Positions 40,741 to 50,272 of a DNA stretch of 64,000 bases are shown piece by piece. The notes beneath the pieces are model-generated. The model made no database searches and had not been told where the DNA came from. It was given only the letters and a program-made list of their open reading frames with translations. Source of the stretch: Fuscovulum sp. GTDB taxonomy: Bacteria; Pseudomonadota; Alphaproteobacteria; Rhodobacterales; Rhodobacteraceae. The stretch spans positions 3,961,666 to 4,025,665 of the forward strand of contig CP136571.1 of NCBI GenBank assembly GCA_035192965.1. The letters are read 5' to 3'. The translations under genes and the position numbers were made by a program. Positions within the stretch are counted from its first letter, which is position 1; every line of letters starts with the position of its first letter.

Positions 40741-41010
40741 TCAGTAGTCCTCGCCGAAGCGGTTTGCAACCAGCGCCTCCAGCGCATCGGCAAGCTTCTC
40801 CGCTTCCGCCCCCTGCGTCGCCACCTCGATGGCCGTGCCGCGCGATGCGGCCAACATCAGCAGACCCATGATCGAATCCCCCGAAACGGTCATCCCGTCC
40901 TTGGTCACCCGCGCCTGTGCCTCGTGGCTTTCCACCACTTCCACAAACTTGGCCGAGGCCCGCGCATGCAGGCCCTTCTCATTGATGATCCGCAATACCC
41001 GTCCCGTCAT
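40741..41010 (-). CDS. ptsH: HPr-family phosphocarrier protein (NPr/HPr)
   Basis: From ATG 41010: MTGRVLRIINEKGLHARASAKFVEVV. Contains the GLHARA His site and a GDSIMGLLML Ser region. Confidence 0.88.
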   Translation of the reverse strand: MTGRVLRIINEKGLHARASAKFVEVVESHEAQARVTKDGMTVSGDSIMGLLMLAASRGTAIEVATQGAEAEKLADALEALVANRFGEDY

Positions 41011-41020
41011 GTTCCCCAGC

Positions 41021-41416
41021 TCACGCCCCGCCGCCAAGGTCCAGACTGTTGATATACTTGCGCCCCGCGTCAAGCGCCGCCGCCACCGCCTCGGTCACCG
41101 TCAGCTCGCGCGATTTGGCCAGCTTGATCAGCATGGGCAGGTTCGCGCCATAGACGATGCGCCGATCCTGCCCGCTGCACGCCATCAGCGACAGGTTCGA
41201 AGGCGATCCACCGAACATGTCGGTCACCACCACCACGCCCGCGCCGGTATCCACTGAATCCGCCGCCGCGCAGATTTCCGCCTGCTTGGCGCTGCGGTCA
41301 TGGTCATCTTCGATGGCGATGGCCCGCATCGCATCTTGCTTGCCCACGACATGCTCCACCGCCGACAGGTATTCCCGCGCCAGCCCGCCATGTGCAACGA
41401 TCACGATACCGATCAC
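41021..41416 (-). CDS. PTS EIIA(Man)-family protein
   Basis: [25 protein letters not shown]...[10 protein letters not shown]. Confidence 0.88.
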   Translation of the reverse strand: MIGIVIVAHGGLAREYLSAVEHVVGKQDAMRAIAIEDDHDRSAKQAEICAAADSVDTGAGVVVVTDMFGGSPSNLSLMACSGQDRRIVYGANLPMLIKLAKSRELTVTEAVAAALDAGRKYINSLDLGGGA

Positions 41417-42363
41417 GCGCCTGTCACCCCAGTAGCCAAGGGCGGCTGCGATGCCGCCCTGCGTTCCAGTTCCCGGTGACGTTTTGACACCGGCCAGCCC
41501 GCCTCTGCAAGCGCTTTGGCCAGTATTTCTGCAACTGCAACACTGCGATGCTGCCCGCCGGTGCAGCCAAAGCCGATGGCCAGATGCGCCTTGCCTTCCT
41601 CCACCATAGCCGGAAGCAGAAAGGTGATCAGATCGCTCAACCGTCCGTAGAATTCCGCAAAGCGCGCATCGCCGCGGATATAGGCCTCCACCGCTTCATC
41701 GCGCCCGTCCAGATCGCGCAAGGCCTGTTCCCAATAGGGATTCCGCAGAAACCGGCAATCGAACACCATATCCACACCGCGCGGCATCCCGCGCTTAAAG
41801 CTGAAGCTTTGCAACGATACCGCCAGCCGCTCGCCGACCCGTGGATCGAACCACTGCGCCAGTTCCGCCTTCAGGTCATGCGGGCTCATCTCACTGGTGT
41901 CGATCAGATGATCCGCCCGCGCCCGGATCGGCGCCAAGAGATCAATCTCGCGCGCCACCCCTTCGGCAGGCGTTTCCGCCGGGGCCAGCGGATGGCGCCG
42001 CCGCGTCTGGCTGTAGCGCTGGATCAGCACGGATGCCGCGCAATCCACATAGATCATTTCCAGCGTCACCCGCGGATCCCGCGTCAGCGCATCAATCAAC
42101 TCGATCAGCGCCGCCACGTTGAAATCGCGGTTGCGCACATCCAGGCCCAGCGCGATGGGCCGCCCCAGCGGCGCCCCCTCAATCAGCCGCGGCACAAGGC
42201 TCAGCGGCAGATTGTCGATCACCTCATAACCCAGATCTTCCAGCGCATCGATCGCGGTTGACCGTCCGGCCCCCGAAGGCCCGGTCACCAGCACCAGCCG
42301 ATGCTCCTGCATCGGCACCGATCCTTGTGCGTTTGGTACATCCGTCACGGGCACGTCCGTCAT
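41413..42363 (-). CDS. rapZ: RNase adapter protein RapZ (YhbJ family)
   Basis: [31 protein letters not shown] and [13 protein letters not shown] overlap with the hprK stop. ATG 42312 (MQEHRLVLV) is the alternative start. Confidence 0.88.
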   Translation of the reverse strand: MTDVPVTDVPNAQGSVPMQEHRLVLVTGPSGAGRSTAIDALEDLGYEVIDNLPLSLVPRLIEGAPLGRPIALGLDVRNRDFNVAALIELIDALTRDPRVTLEMIYVDCAASVLIQRYSQTRRRHPLAPAETPAEGVAREIDLLAPIRARADHLIDTSEMSPHDLKAELAQWFDPRVGERLAVSLQSFSFKRGMPRGVDMVFDCRFLRNPYWEQALRDLDGRDEAVEAYIRGDARFAEFYGRLSDLITFLLPAMVEEGKAHLAIGFGCTGGQHRSVAVAEILAKALAEAGWPVSKRHRELERRAASQPPLATGVTGA

Positions 42364-42785
42364 TCCCTGCGTCCTGCACTGACATAGAGCAGCAGCGAAG
42401 CCGGGAAATGGGGCGTTTGGCTTCCCAGCACAAGGTCCACGCTCCGCCCAAGATAGGAAACCTCACGTCGCGGCGGCAGGCGCATCGTTTCCCCCTGCCC
42501 CAGATCGACTGCCAGCACCACTTCGGCCCCCTCAACGGGATCGGCATTCAGCAGACCCACTCCCCGTGCCTCGATCATTCCCCGGATCGTCGGCGGGCAC
42601 GCGGCCCAAAGCGCCCCATCGCGCAGCGAAAGCGCCACCTGATCATCCGCCACCAGCCGCGCGCCCAGCGCCATAAGCTGCAAGGCCAGCGCCGACTTGC
42701 CCGCCCCCGATGGCCCGATGATCAGAATGCCCCGCCCCTCGACCGCCACGCAGGTCGCGTGCAGCAGCAGGCCGTTGCCGGTCAC
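42360..42785 (-). CDS. hprK: Short HPr kinase/phosphorylase (C-terminal catalytic domain only)
   Basis: 141 aa. GTG start overlaps the chvG stop. [27 protein letters not shown] (P-loop). Confidence 0.85.
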   Translation of the reverse strand: MTGNGLLLHATCVAVEGRGILIIGPSGAGKSALALQLMALGARLVADDQVALSLRDGALWAACPPTIRGMIEARGVGLLNADPVEGAEVVLAVDLGQGETMRLPPRREVSYLGRSVDLVLGSQTPHFPASLLLYVSAGRRE

Positions 42786-44473
42786 ACCGGCAGACCCACC
42801 ACAAACCGCGCGCCCAGCGGATCAGAGGTCACATCCGCATGGGTCGGGCGGATGTTCTCGGCCCAGATCACGCCGCCATGCGCCTCGACGATCTGCTTGG
42901 AAATCGCCAGCCCCAGCCCCGAATGTTCACCGAACTGAACCTGCGGACGTTCCGAATAGAACCGCTTGAACACCTTGGTCAGCGCCTGTTCCGGAATCCC
43001 CGGCCCAGTATCCTCGACCACGATCAGCACCCGGTTCTCACGCCGCCGCGCCCAGACGCGCACCGCATCGCCATCTTCGCAAAAGCTGATCGCATTGGTG
43101 ATCAGGTTCACAAAAACCTGCGCCAGCCGCGCCTCCAGCCCCCGGATCATGATCGGATCGCCGGGGAAATCGGTGATGAACTCGACACCCTTCTCATTGG
43201 CCTGCTGGCCCAGATACTCCGCGATGTTGGAAAGGGTGCGGACAAGGTTGAACTCCTCCTCCTCCTCCTTCACCAATTCGCTGTCCAGCCGCGACGCGTT
43301 GGAAATGTCGCTCACCAGACGGTCCAGCCGCCGCACGTCATGCTCGATCACGTCCAGCAGCTTGTTCTTCTGGTCGTCCCGCTTGGCCAGCCGCATCGTG
43401 CCGACGGCAGACCTCAGGCTGGCAAGGGGGTTCTTGATCTCATGCGCCACATCCGCCGCGAACTGCTCATTCGCGTCGATCCGGTCATAGAGCGCCGCCA
43501 CCATGCCCCGCATCGCCACCGACAGCCGCCCGATCTCATCGGGTCGCGCCGCCAGATCGGGGATCCGCACGCGCCCGGGTGCCATCTTGCGTGCATCCCT
43601 GTCGCGCCCCAACTCCGCCGCCGCCGCAAGGTCAGACAGCGGATTGGCAATCGTCGATGCCAACACAAGGCTCAGGCCAAAGGACACCATCAGCGACGCG
43701 ATGAAGATCAGCAAAACCTGTTCCCGCTCGCCGCGCACCAGCACATCAATCCCGGCCTGATCGCCGCTCAGCGCGACAACGGCCAGAACCTGCCCGTTCA
43801 CCGTCACCGGTTGCGCCACGGCAAACAGCCGCCCGCCATCCGGCGCGCGCCCGTCGATCCGCACGCCCTCGCCCTTCAGCGCGGCAGGCAGCAACGTCTG
43901 CACCAGCGCAAACCCGTCCGTCGCTGCGGCATCCGGCTCGGCCCCTGACACAAGGCTCCGCACCCCGTTCCAGGCCCCGGTCAGCGTATCGACGATCGGC
44001 GTCGGCCGCGTCACGATCGCCGGGCGATCCGCGCCCATCCGCCGCGCTGCCAGCGTGCCATCCGCCGCCACCGCAAAGGCCTCAACCCCCGGCGGCACCT
44101 GCACGCTTTCCAGCACTCGCGCCAGCCGCGCCGCATCCATCGGCCCCGGCGCCTCGGCGGCCACGGCCTCGAACACGTCCGACACCAGCGCCGCCTCGTT
44201 CACCAGCGCCTCACCGCGCAGGCCCACCAGCGTATCGCGGAACGGGTTCAGAAACAGCACCCCCCCTGCCAGCACCAGCAGCGCCAGCAGGTTGAACAGG
44301 ATGATCTTCCGCGCCAGCGGCGACCGGTTCAACGACACCAGCCCCCGCCTGTCACGGCTTGCGCGCAAGGCAGGATCGACCAGCCCCTCACCCGAGGTCC
44401 AGTCTTCCCCAAGGATCACCTCGCCCGAACGGGCCGGGCGGCCATCCTTTCCAATGCGCGGTGCTGCGGTCAT
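42782..44473 (-). CDS. chvG: Sensor histidine kinase, ChvG/ExoS-like
   Basis: 563 aa. TM-periplasmic-TM-HAMP architecture. H-box FAADVAHEIKNPL. G-box EDTGPGIP...GLGLAI. The symbol is assigned from synteny with chvI, hprK and pckA. Confidence 0.8.
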   Translation of the reverse strand: MTAAPRIGKDGRPARSGEVILGEDWTSGEGLVDPALRASRDRRGLVSLNRSPLARKIILFNLLALLVLAGGVLFLNPFRDTLVGLRGEALVNEAALVSDVFEAVAAEAPGPMDAARLARVLESVQVPPGVEAFAVAADGTLAARRMGADRPAIVTRPTPIVDTLTGAWNGVRSLVSGAEPDAAATDGFALVQTLLPAALKGEGVRIDGRAPDGGRLFAVAQPVTVNGQVLAVVALSGDQAGIDVLVRGEREQVLLIFIASLMVSFGLSLVLASTIANPLSDLAAAAELGRDRDARKMAPGRVRIPDLAARPDEIGRLSVAMRGMVAALYDRIDANEQFAADVAHEIKNPLASLRSAVGTMRLAKRDDQKNKLLDVIEHDVRRLDRLVSDISNASRLDSELVKEEEEEFNLVRTLSNIAEYLGQQANEKGVEFITDFPGDPIMIRGLEARLAQVFVNLITNAISFCEDGDAVRVWARRRENRVLIVVEDTGPGIPEQALTKVFKRFYSERPQVQFGEHSGLGLAISKQIVEAHGGVIWAENIRPTHADVTSDPLGARFVVGLPV

Positions 44474-45175
44474 TTACTCTTCGTTATAGCGATAGCCGAT
44501 TCCATATAACGTCTCGATGGCCGAAAAGTTGTCGTCCACCGCCCGCATTTTTTTCCGAAGCCGCTTGATATGGCTGTCGATGGTGCGGTCGTCCACATAG
44601 ACCTGGTCGTCATAGGCCACGTCCATCAGCTGATCCCGGCTCTTCACGAAACCGGGCCGCTGGGCCAGCGCCTGCAACAGCATGAACTCCGTCACCGTCA
44701 GCGCCACATCATTGCCCTTCCAGGTCACGGAATGGCGCAGCGGGTCCATGCGCAGGTTGCCCCGCTCCATGATCTTGGTCTCTTCCGTCACCGCCACTTC
44801 GCCACTGGCAATCGCATCCTGCCGGCGCAGCAGCGCCCGGATGCGCTCCACCAGCAGGCGCTGGCTGAACGGCTTCTTCACATAGTCATCCGCGCCCATG
44901 CGCAGACCCAGAACCTCGTCGATCTCGTCATCCTTGGATGTCAAAAAGATCACCGGCATGCTGGTTTTCTGCCGCAGCCGCTGCAACAGGTCCATCCCGT
45001 CCATCCGCGGCATCTTGATATCGAGAACCGCCATGTCCGGCAGCCGACGGTTAAAGGCGTCCAGCGCCGATTGCCCGTCATTATAAGTTTCTACTTCAAA
45101 GCCCTCGGCTTCCAAGGTCATTGCGACGGATGTCAGGATATTCCTGTCATCGTCGACAAGCGCGATCCTTGCCAT
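44474..45175 (-). CDS. chvI: OmpR-family response regulator, ChvI-like
   Basis: From ATG 45175: [17 protein letters not shown]. Winged-helix C-terminus [11 protein letters not shown]. Confidence 0.82.
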   Translation of the reverse strand: MARIALVDDDRNILTSVAMTLEAEGFEVETYNDGQSALDAFNRRLPDMAVLDIKMPRMDGMDLLQRLRQKTSMPVIFLTSKDDEIDEVLGLRMGADDYVKKPFSQRLLVERIRALLRRQDAIASGEVAVTEETKIMERGNLRMDPLRHSVTWKGNDVALTVTEFMLLQALAQRPGFVKSRDQLMDVAYDDQVYVDDRTIDSHIKRLRKKMRAVDDNFSAIETLYGIGYRYNEE

Positions 45176-45362
45176 ATCGATTTCCCTACTCTGCCCGTGT
45201 GTCATTGATTTTTTGTTTTGTGGGGCATGATCATTTTTCCATCGCAGGGAATCAACCGATATGTGCGAATCACGTCATCTGTGGGGCGCAACCGTCGCGG
45301 AAAACCCACAGAAATGGCCAAATTGCCGCACATTCCCGTCCTGCGGGCAGGATTGTATCCAC

Positions 45363-45402
45363 TGGTTGCGCCAAACTCGCAATGGTTGCGCTAACTGTGC
45401 GA
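45363..45402. promoter_or_regulatory. Tandem 20-bp direct repeat in the chvI-pckA intergenic region (candidate regulator binding site)
   Basis: TGGTTGCGCCAAACTCGCAA is followed immediately by TGGTTGCGCTAACTGTGCGA. Confidence 0.3.
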
Positions 45403-45553
45403 AAGCGTCCTGTTCCATGCGGCAAACGACGTGTTATAGCAATTTTATGTCGCGGCCGATTTGGCCCGGACGTCGGCATCTGCCCCTTGGCCCGGGCAGG
45501 ACTTCACTGGAATGGACATGGTCGGTGCGATCCCGGCCACAGGAGCTTGCAGG

Positions 45554-47152
45554 ATGACGAACGGACGCGTGAACCCCGCGCAGGAATTGGCACATCAAGG
45601 CATCACCGGCCTCGGGAACGTCTATTACAACTTCCCCGAACCAGCCCTTGTCGAAGCTGCGGTCACCCGGGGCGAAGGCAGGCTTGGCATCGGCGGTGCC
45701 TTCCTCTGCTCCACCGGTCAGTTCACCGGCCGCTCCCCCAAGGACAAGCATGTCGTCCGCACCCCGTCGGTGGAAAAGACGATCTGGTGGGAAAACAACG
45801 CCGCCATGCCGCCCGAAGGCTTTGATCGCCTCCATGCCGACATGCTGGCCCATATGCAGGGCCGCGATTACTTCGTTCAGGATCTCTACGCCGGGGCCGA
45901 CCCCGTCCATCGCCTCGATGTGCGCGTCGTCACCGAACTGGCTTGGCACGGCCTTTTCATCCGCCACGTCCTGCGCCGCCCCGCCCGGGCCGAGCTTGAC
46001 AGCTTCGTCCCCGAATGGACCATCATCAACTGCCCCAGCTTCAAGGCCGACCCGGCCCGCCACGGCTGCCGCAGCGAAACCGTCATCGCCTTCCACTTCG
46101 ACAAGAAGCTGATCCTGATCGCCAACACGGCCTATGCGGGCGAAAACAAGAAATCCGTCTTCACCCTGCTCAACTACCTGCTGCCCGAAAAAGGCGTGAT
46201 GCCGATGCACTGCTCGGCCAACCACGCCATCGGCAACCCGGTCGACACGGCGGTCTTCTTTGGCCTCTCCGGCACGGGCAAGACCACGCTTTCCGCATCG
46301 CCCGATCGCACCCTGATCGGCGACGATGAACACGGCTGGTCCGACCGCGGCTCCTTCAATTTTGAGGGCGGCTGCTACGCCAAGACCATCAACCTCGACC
46401 CCGAGGCAGAGCCCGAAATCTACGCCACCACCCACCGCTTCGCGACTGTGGTGGAAAACATGGTCTATGATCCCGAAACGCTGGAACTTGATTTCAACGA
46501 TGACAGCCTGACCGCCAACACGCGCTGCGCCTATCCGTTGGACTATATCTCCAACGCCTCCAGCACCGGCCTTGGCGGGCACCCCAAGAACATCATCATG
46601 CTCACCTGCGATGCCTTCGGCGTCCTGCCGCCCATCTCGCGGCTGACGCCCGCGCAGGCCATGTATCACTTCCTGTCCGGCTTCACCGCCAAGGTGGCTG
46701 GCACCGAACGCGGCGTCACCGAACCGCAGCCCACCTTCTCCACCTGCTTCGGCGCGCCCTTCATGCCCCGCCGGCCCGAGGTCTATGGCAAGCTTCTGCA
46801 AGCCAAGATCGCCAAGCACGGCGCAACCTGCTGGCTGGTCAACACCGGCTGGACCGGCGGCGCCTTCGGCACGGGCAAGCGGATGCCGATCAAGGCCACC
46901 CGCGCGCTGCTCTCAGCCGCACTCGATGGCTCCCTCGGCACCGTGGAATTCCGCCGCGACCCGAATTTCGGGTTCGAGGTGCCGGTCGCCGTGCCGGGCG
47001 TGGACACCGCCCTTCTCGACCCGCGCAACACCTGGGCCGACAAAGCCGCCTATGACGCGCAGGCCGCGAAACTGGTGGACATGTTCTCCAAGAACTTCGC
47101 CCAATACGTCCCGTTCATCGACGATGACGTAAAGGCCGCCGCCATCGGCTGA
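45554..47152 (+). CDS. pckA: Phosphoenolpyruvate carboxykinase (ATP)
   Basis: AGGAG Shine-Dalgarno, then [26 protein letters not shown]. Kinase-1a motif [12 protein letters not shown]. Confidence 0.94.
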   Translation: MTNGRVNPAQELAHQGITGLGNVYYNFPEPALVEAAVTRGEGRLGIGGAFLCSTGQFTGRSPKDKHVVRTPSVEKTIWWENNAAMPPEGFDRLHADMLAHMQGRDYFVQDLYAGADPVHRLDVRVVTELAWHGLFIRHVLRRPARAELDSFVPEWTIINCPSFKADPARHGCRSETVIAFHFDKKLILIANTAYAGENKKSVFTLLNYLLPEKGVMPMHCSANHAIGNPVDTAVFFGLSGTGKTTLSASPDRTLIGDDEHGWSDRGSFNFEGGCYAKTINLDPEAEPEIYATTHRFATVVENMVYDPETLELDFNDDSLTANTRCAYPLDYISNASSTGLGGHPKNIIMLTCDAFGVLPPISRLTPAQAMYHFLSGFTAKVAGTERGVTEPQPTFSTCFGAPFMPRRPEVYGKLLQAKIAKHGATCWLVNTGWTGGAFGTGKRMPIKATRALLSAALDGSLGTVEFRRDPNFGFEVPVAVPGVDTALLDPRNTWADKAAYDAQAAKLVDMFSKNFAQYVPFIDDDVKAAAIG

Positions 47153-47160
47153 TCGCAAAA

Positions 47161-47233
47161 GGCCGGGACATTTTCTGAAACTGTCCCGGCCCCTATCCTT
47201 CGCAGAAGGATCCAGAATTTTCGCAGAAAATTC
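47161..47233. repeat. Hairpin cluster after pckA (REP-like family, locus B)
   Basis: ggccgggaca-(11 nt)-tgtcccggcc, then atccttc-gca-gaaggat, then gaattttc-gca-gaaaattc. Confidence 0.7.
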
Positions 47234-47239
47234 GCCCCT

Positions 47240-48007
47240 TCACATCACCGCCTGCCGCACCAGGTTCAACCCGGTCAGCACAAGCAACCCCTGCGTCCAG
47301 CGCCGGAATTGCGCCTGATCCAGCCGGTCCTGCACGCGATAGCCGATGAACATTCCCACCATCGCAGGCACCACCAACGCGGCCGAAAACCCAAGGCTCG
47401 CCGCATCGGCCACCCCGGTCCGCAGATGCGCCGCCAGCAGGGCCACCGCCCCGATCAGAAACACCACCCCCTGCACCCGCACCGTCTCCTGCTTGCCCGC
47501 CCCGGTCGACAGCAGATAGACCAGCAGAGGCGGCCCCCAGATGCCCGAAATTCCCCCGAACATCCCGCCCAGAACCCCCAGCCCCCATTCCGCCCGCGCC
47601 CTGTGCCGGATGGGCAGCGCCAAAGGCACCCCCGCCAGTTGCAACCCTGCAAAGGCTGTCACCGGCACCCCCAGGATCAACAGATATGCCGTGCGCGGGA
47701 TCACCGTCAGCAGCGGCGCTGACAGGATGATGAACACCACCGTCCCGATCAGAAACCGCCGATAGGCGATCACCGACTCCCACGCCGCAGGCAAACCCTG
47801 CCGCGTCGACTGGCTCAGATTGGTGATCAGCGTCGGCAATATCAGCCCCGCCACCGCAAGTTCCGGCGGCAGGAACCCGTTAAAGGCCGAAATCATGATC
47901 AGCGGCATGGCAAAGCCCACCGCCCCCTTCACGAACCCGGCAAACAGCGTCACCGCCATCGCCGCCCAGAATGCCGCAGGCTCCAGCCCCGCCATCGCCA
48001 CGTCCAT
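47240..48007 (-). CDS. TauE/SafE-family (DUF81) anion exporter
   Basis: From ATG 48007: MDVAMAGLEPAAFWAAMAVTLFAGFVKGAVGFAMPLIMISAF. About 8 TM helices. Confidence 0.75.
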   Translation of the reverse strand: MDVAMAGLEPAAFWAAMAVTLFAGFVKGAVGFAMPLIMISAFNGFLPPELAVAGLILPTLITNLSQSTRQGLPAAWESVIAYRRFLIGTVVFIILSAPLLTVIPRTAYLLILGVPVTAFAGLQLAGVPLALPIRHRARAEWGLGVLGGMFGGISGIWGPPLLVYLLSTGAGKQETVRVQGVVFLIGAVALLAAHLRTGVADAASLGFSAALVVPAMVGMFIGYRVQDRLDQAQFRRWTQGLLVLTGLNLVRQAVM

Positions 48008-48377
48008 TCCAGCCCCCCGCGCCCTGTCGGCTGCGACCATGCCGCCCCGGCTTGGCAAAGCCAAGGGCCGACTCACCCCTCAAAGCCCAATCCCAAACGT
48101 GGTTAACCGCCCAACCACCGTGCGCTGCGTGCATACGCCCGTCTGCACAGGCATCTGCACCGGCAGCTGCACCGCAATCCGGCCCATTAATACAGCGCCC
48201 GCAAGCGCTTAGGCCTCAAAACGCAGCCAACCGCCCCGCTTTGGCATACAGACCGCAGAAATTCCGCTGCGACATTTTCCTTCACTTGACGTTTTTCCAG
48301 CGAAATTAAGTTGCTCAGCGCACATGAAGGCACTACCTATCTCGCAACCGCAGCATGCCCTTTCCAAGGTGATCCCG

Positions 48378-50045
48378 ATGCCCCACGATGGCCAGTCCGT
48401 GACGCAGTCGCCCCTCCTCGCCGACCTTCTCCGCCTCACGGCCGAAGCCCTCCCCGAGGTCGAGGCCACCTTCATCGCCGCCCGCGAAAACCTCCGCGGC
48501 ATGGTCACCGTTGCGGGCAAGGTCTCTGCCGCTGCACTGGAAGAACACCAATACGCCGCCCATGCGCTGGCATGGCTCGCCACCTATACGGAATCCCTGC
48601 GGCAGATGCAGGCCTGGGCGCTGCGCCTCGATGCCGATGGCAAGTTCTCGGAAATGGAGGCGCTGCTCCTACAGATCGCCTATGGCGAATACCTCCAGCA
48701 GATCCAAGGCGGCATTCCGATGAGCCAGGGAGAGGTCGCGCGCTTGCAGGACCTCGGCCTCACCCCGGCCAAACCCGGCGCGGCGGCGGTTGCCCTCATG
48801 GCCCAGGGCAATACCGTCGCCGCCCGCACCCGCCTCGTGGAATTGATGCGCGACAATCACGGCCGCGCCACCTTTGGCGCCTCCGGGTTGGATGAAGAAC
48901 TGGAAATGATCCGCGATCAATTCCGCCGCTTCGCCGATGACAAGGTCATCCCGCACGCCCAAGGCTGGCACCTGCGCGATGAACTGATCCCGATGGAAAT
49001 CATTGATTCCCTTGCCGAAATGGGCGTCTTTGGCCTGACCATCCCCGAAGAATTCGGCGGGTTCGGCCTGTCAAAGGCCTCCATGGTTGTGGTGTCCGAA
49101 GAACTCTCGCGCGGCTATATCGGCGTGGGCTCCCTCGGCACCCGCTCCGAAATCGCGGCAGAGCTGATCCTTTGCGGCGGCACGCCTGAACAAAAGGCCA
49201 AATGGCTGCCCAAACTCGCCTCCGGCGAAATCCTCCCCACCGCGGTCTTTACAGAACCCAACACCGGGTCCGACCTCGGCTCCCTGCGCACCAAGGGCCG
49301 CAAGGAAGGTGATGACTGGGTCATCAACGGCAACAAAACCTGGATCACCCACGCCGCCCGCACCCATGTGATGACCGTCCTCGCCCGCACCATCGACGGC
49401 ACGACCGATTATCGTGGCCTGTCGATGTTCCTGGCCGAAAAGACCCCCGGCACCGATGAAACCCCCTTCGTGGACGCTGGCCTGTCGGGTGGTGAGATCG
49501 AGGTTCTCGGCTATCGCGGCATGAAGGAATACACCGTCAACTTCGACGATTTCAAAGTGAAGGGCGAAAACCTTCTCGGCGGCGTCGAAGGCCAAGGTTT
49601 CAAACAGCTGATGCAAACCTTCGAATCCGCCCGCATCCAGACCGCCGCCCGCGCCGTGGGCGTGGCGCAATCGGCGCTGGAGGTCGGCATGAAATACGCC
49701 GAAGACCGCAAGCAATTCGGCAAATCCCTGATCGAATTTCCCCGCGTTTCCGGCAAACTGGCCATGATGGCGGTGGAAATCATGGTGGCCCGCCAGCTCA
49801 CCTATTTCTCCGCCTGGCAAAAGGACCATGACAAACGCTGCGATCTTGAGGCGGGCATGGCCAAGCTGCTGGGCGCCCGCGTCGCATGGGCCAGCGCCGA
49901 TAACGCGCTGCAAATCCACGGCGGCAACGGCTTTGCTCTGGAATACACGATCAGCCGCATCCTCTGCGACGCGCGCATCCTGAACATCTTCGAAGGCGCT
50001 GCCGAAATTCAGGCCCAGGTCATCGCCCGCCGCCTTCTGGATTGA
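48378..50045 (+). CDS. Acyl-CoA dehydrogenase family protein with an N-terminal extension of about 170 aa
   Basis: ACAD core: TAVFTEPNTGSDLGSLRT...NGNKTWITHA...IHGGNGFALEYTISRILCDARILNIFEGAAEIQ. ATG 48378 is preferred (AAGGTGA upstream); 48324 is the alternative. Confidence 0.85.
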   Translation: MPHDGQSVTQSPLLADLLRLTAEALPEVEATFIAARENLRGMVTVAGKVSAAALEEHQYAAHALAWLATYTESLRQMQAWALRLDADGKFSEMEALLLQIAYGEYLQQIQGGIPMSQGEVARLQDLGLTPAKPGAAAVALMAQGNTVAARTRLVELMRDNHGRATFGASGLDEELEMIRDQFRRFADDKVIPHAQGWHLRDELIPMEIIDSLAEMGVFGLTIPEEFGGFGLSKASMVVVSEELSRGYIGVGSLGTRSEIAAELILCGGTPEQKAKWLPKLASGEILPTAVFTEPNTGSDLGSLRTKGRKEGDDWVINGNKTWITHAARTHVMTVLARTIDGTTDYRGLSMFLAEKTPGTDETPFVDAGLSGGEIEVLGYRGMKEYTVNFDDFKVKGENLLGGVEGQGFKQLMQTFESARIQTAARAVGVAQSALEVGMKYAEDRKQFGKSLIEFPRVSGKLAMMAVEIMVARQLTYFSAWQKDHDKRCDLEAGMAKLLGARVAWASADNALQIHGGNGFALEYTISRILCDARILNIFEGAAEIQAQVIARRLLD

Positions 50046-50077
50046 TCAACCTTTCCCCGTCAGGGTGAAACAGCAAA

Positions 50078-50110
50078 GGCGCGGACCGTGCGAACGGCCC
50101 GCGCCTTTTG
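50078..50110 (+). terminator. Intrinsic terminator after the acyl-CoA dehydrogenase gene
   Basis: GGCGCGGACCG-TGCGAA-CGGCCCGCGCC (one mismatch) followed by TTTTG. Confidence 0.6.
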
Positions 50111-50151
50111 CGTCTCGCAGCTCAAAAGCGGTTAACAAACCCTTAACCAAA

Positions 50152-50267
50152 CCATTTTCTGACGCAGAAAATGGCACGATTTCTGCGCACAGAAATCGCC
50201 CCCAAGCGACAGCGCCACCCCGTTTTCTGCGTGCAGAAAACGCCGCGAAATCTGCGTCAGAATTCGC
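50152..50267. repeat. Composite four-hairpin element (REP-like family, locus C)
   Basis: ccattttctg-acg-cagaaaatgg; cgatttctg-cgca-cagaaatcg; a C-rich spacer; cgttttctg-cgtg-cagaaaacg; gcgaaatctg-cgt-cagaattcgc. It is colinear with 56003..56121. Confidence 0.85.
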
Positions 50268-50272
50268 CTGCT

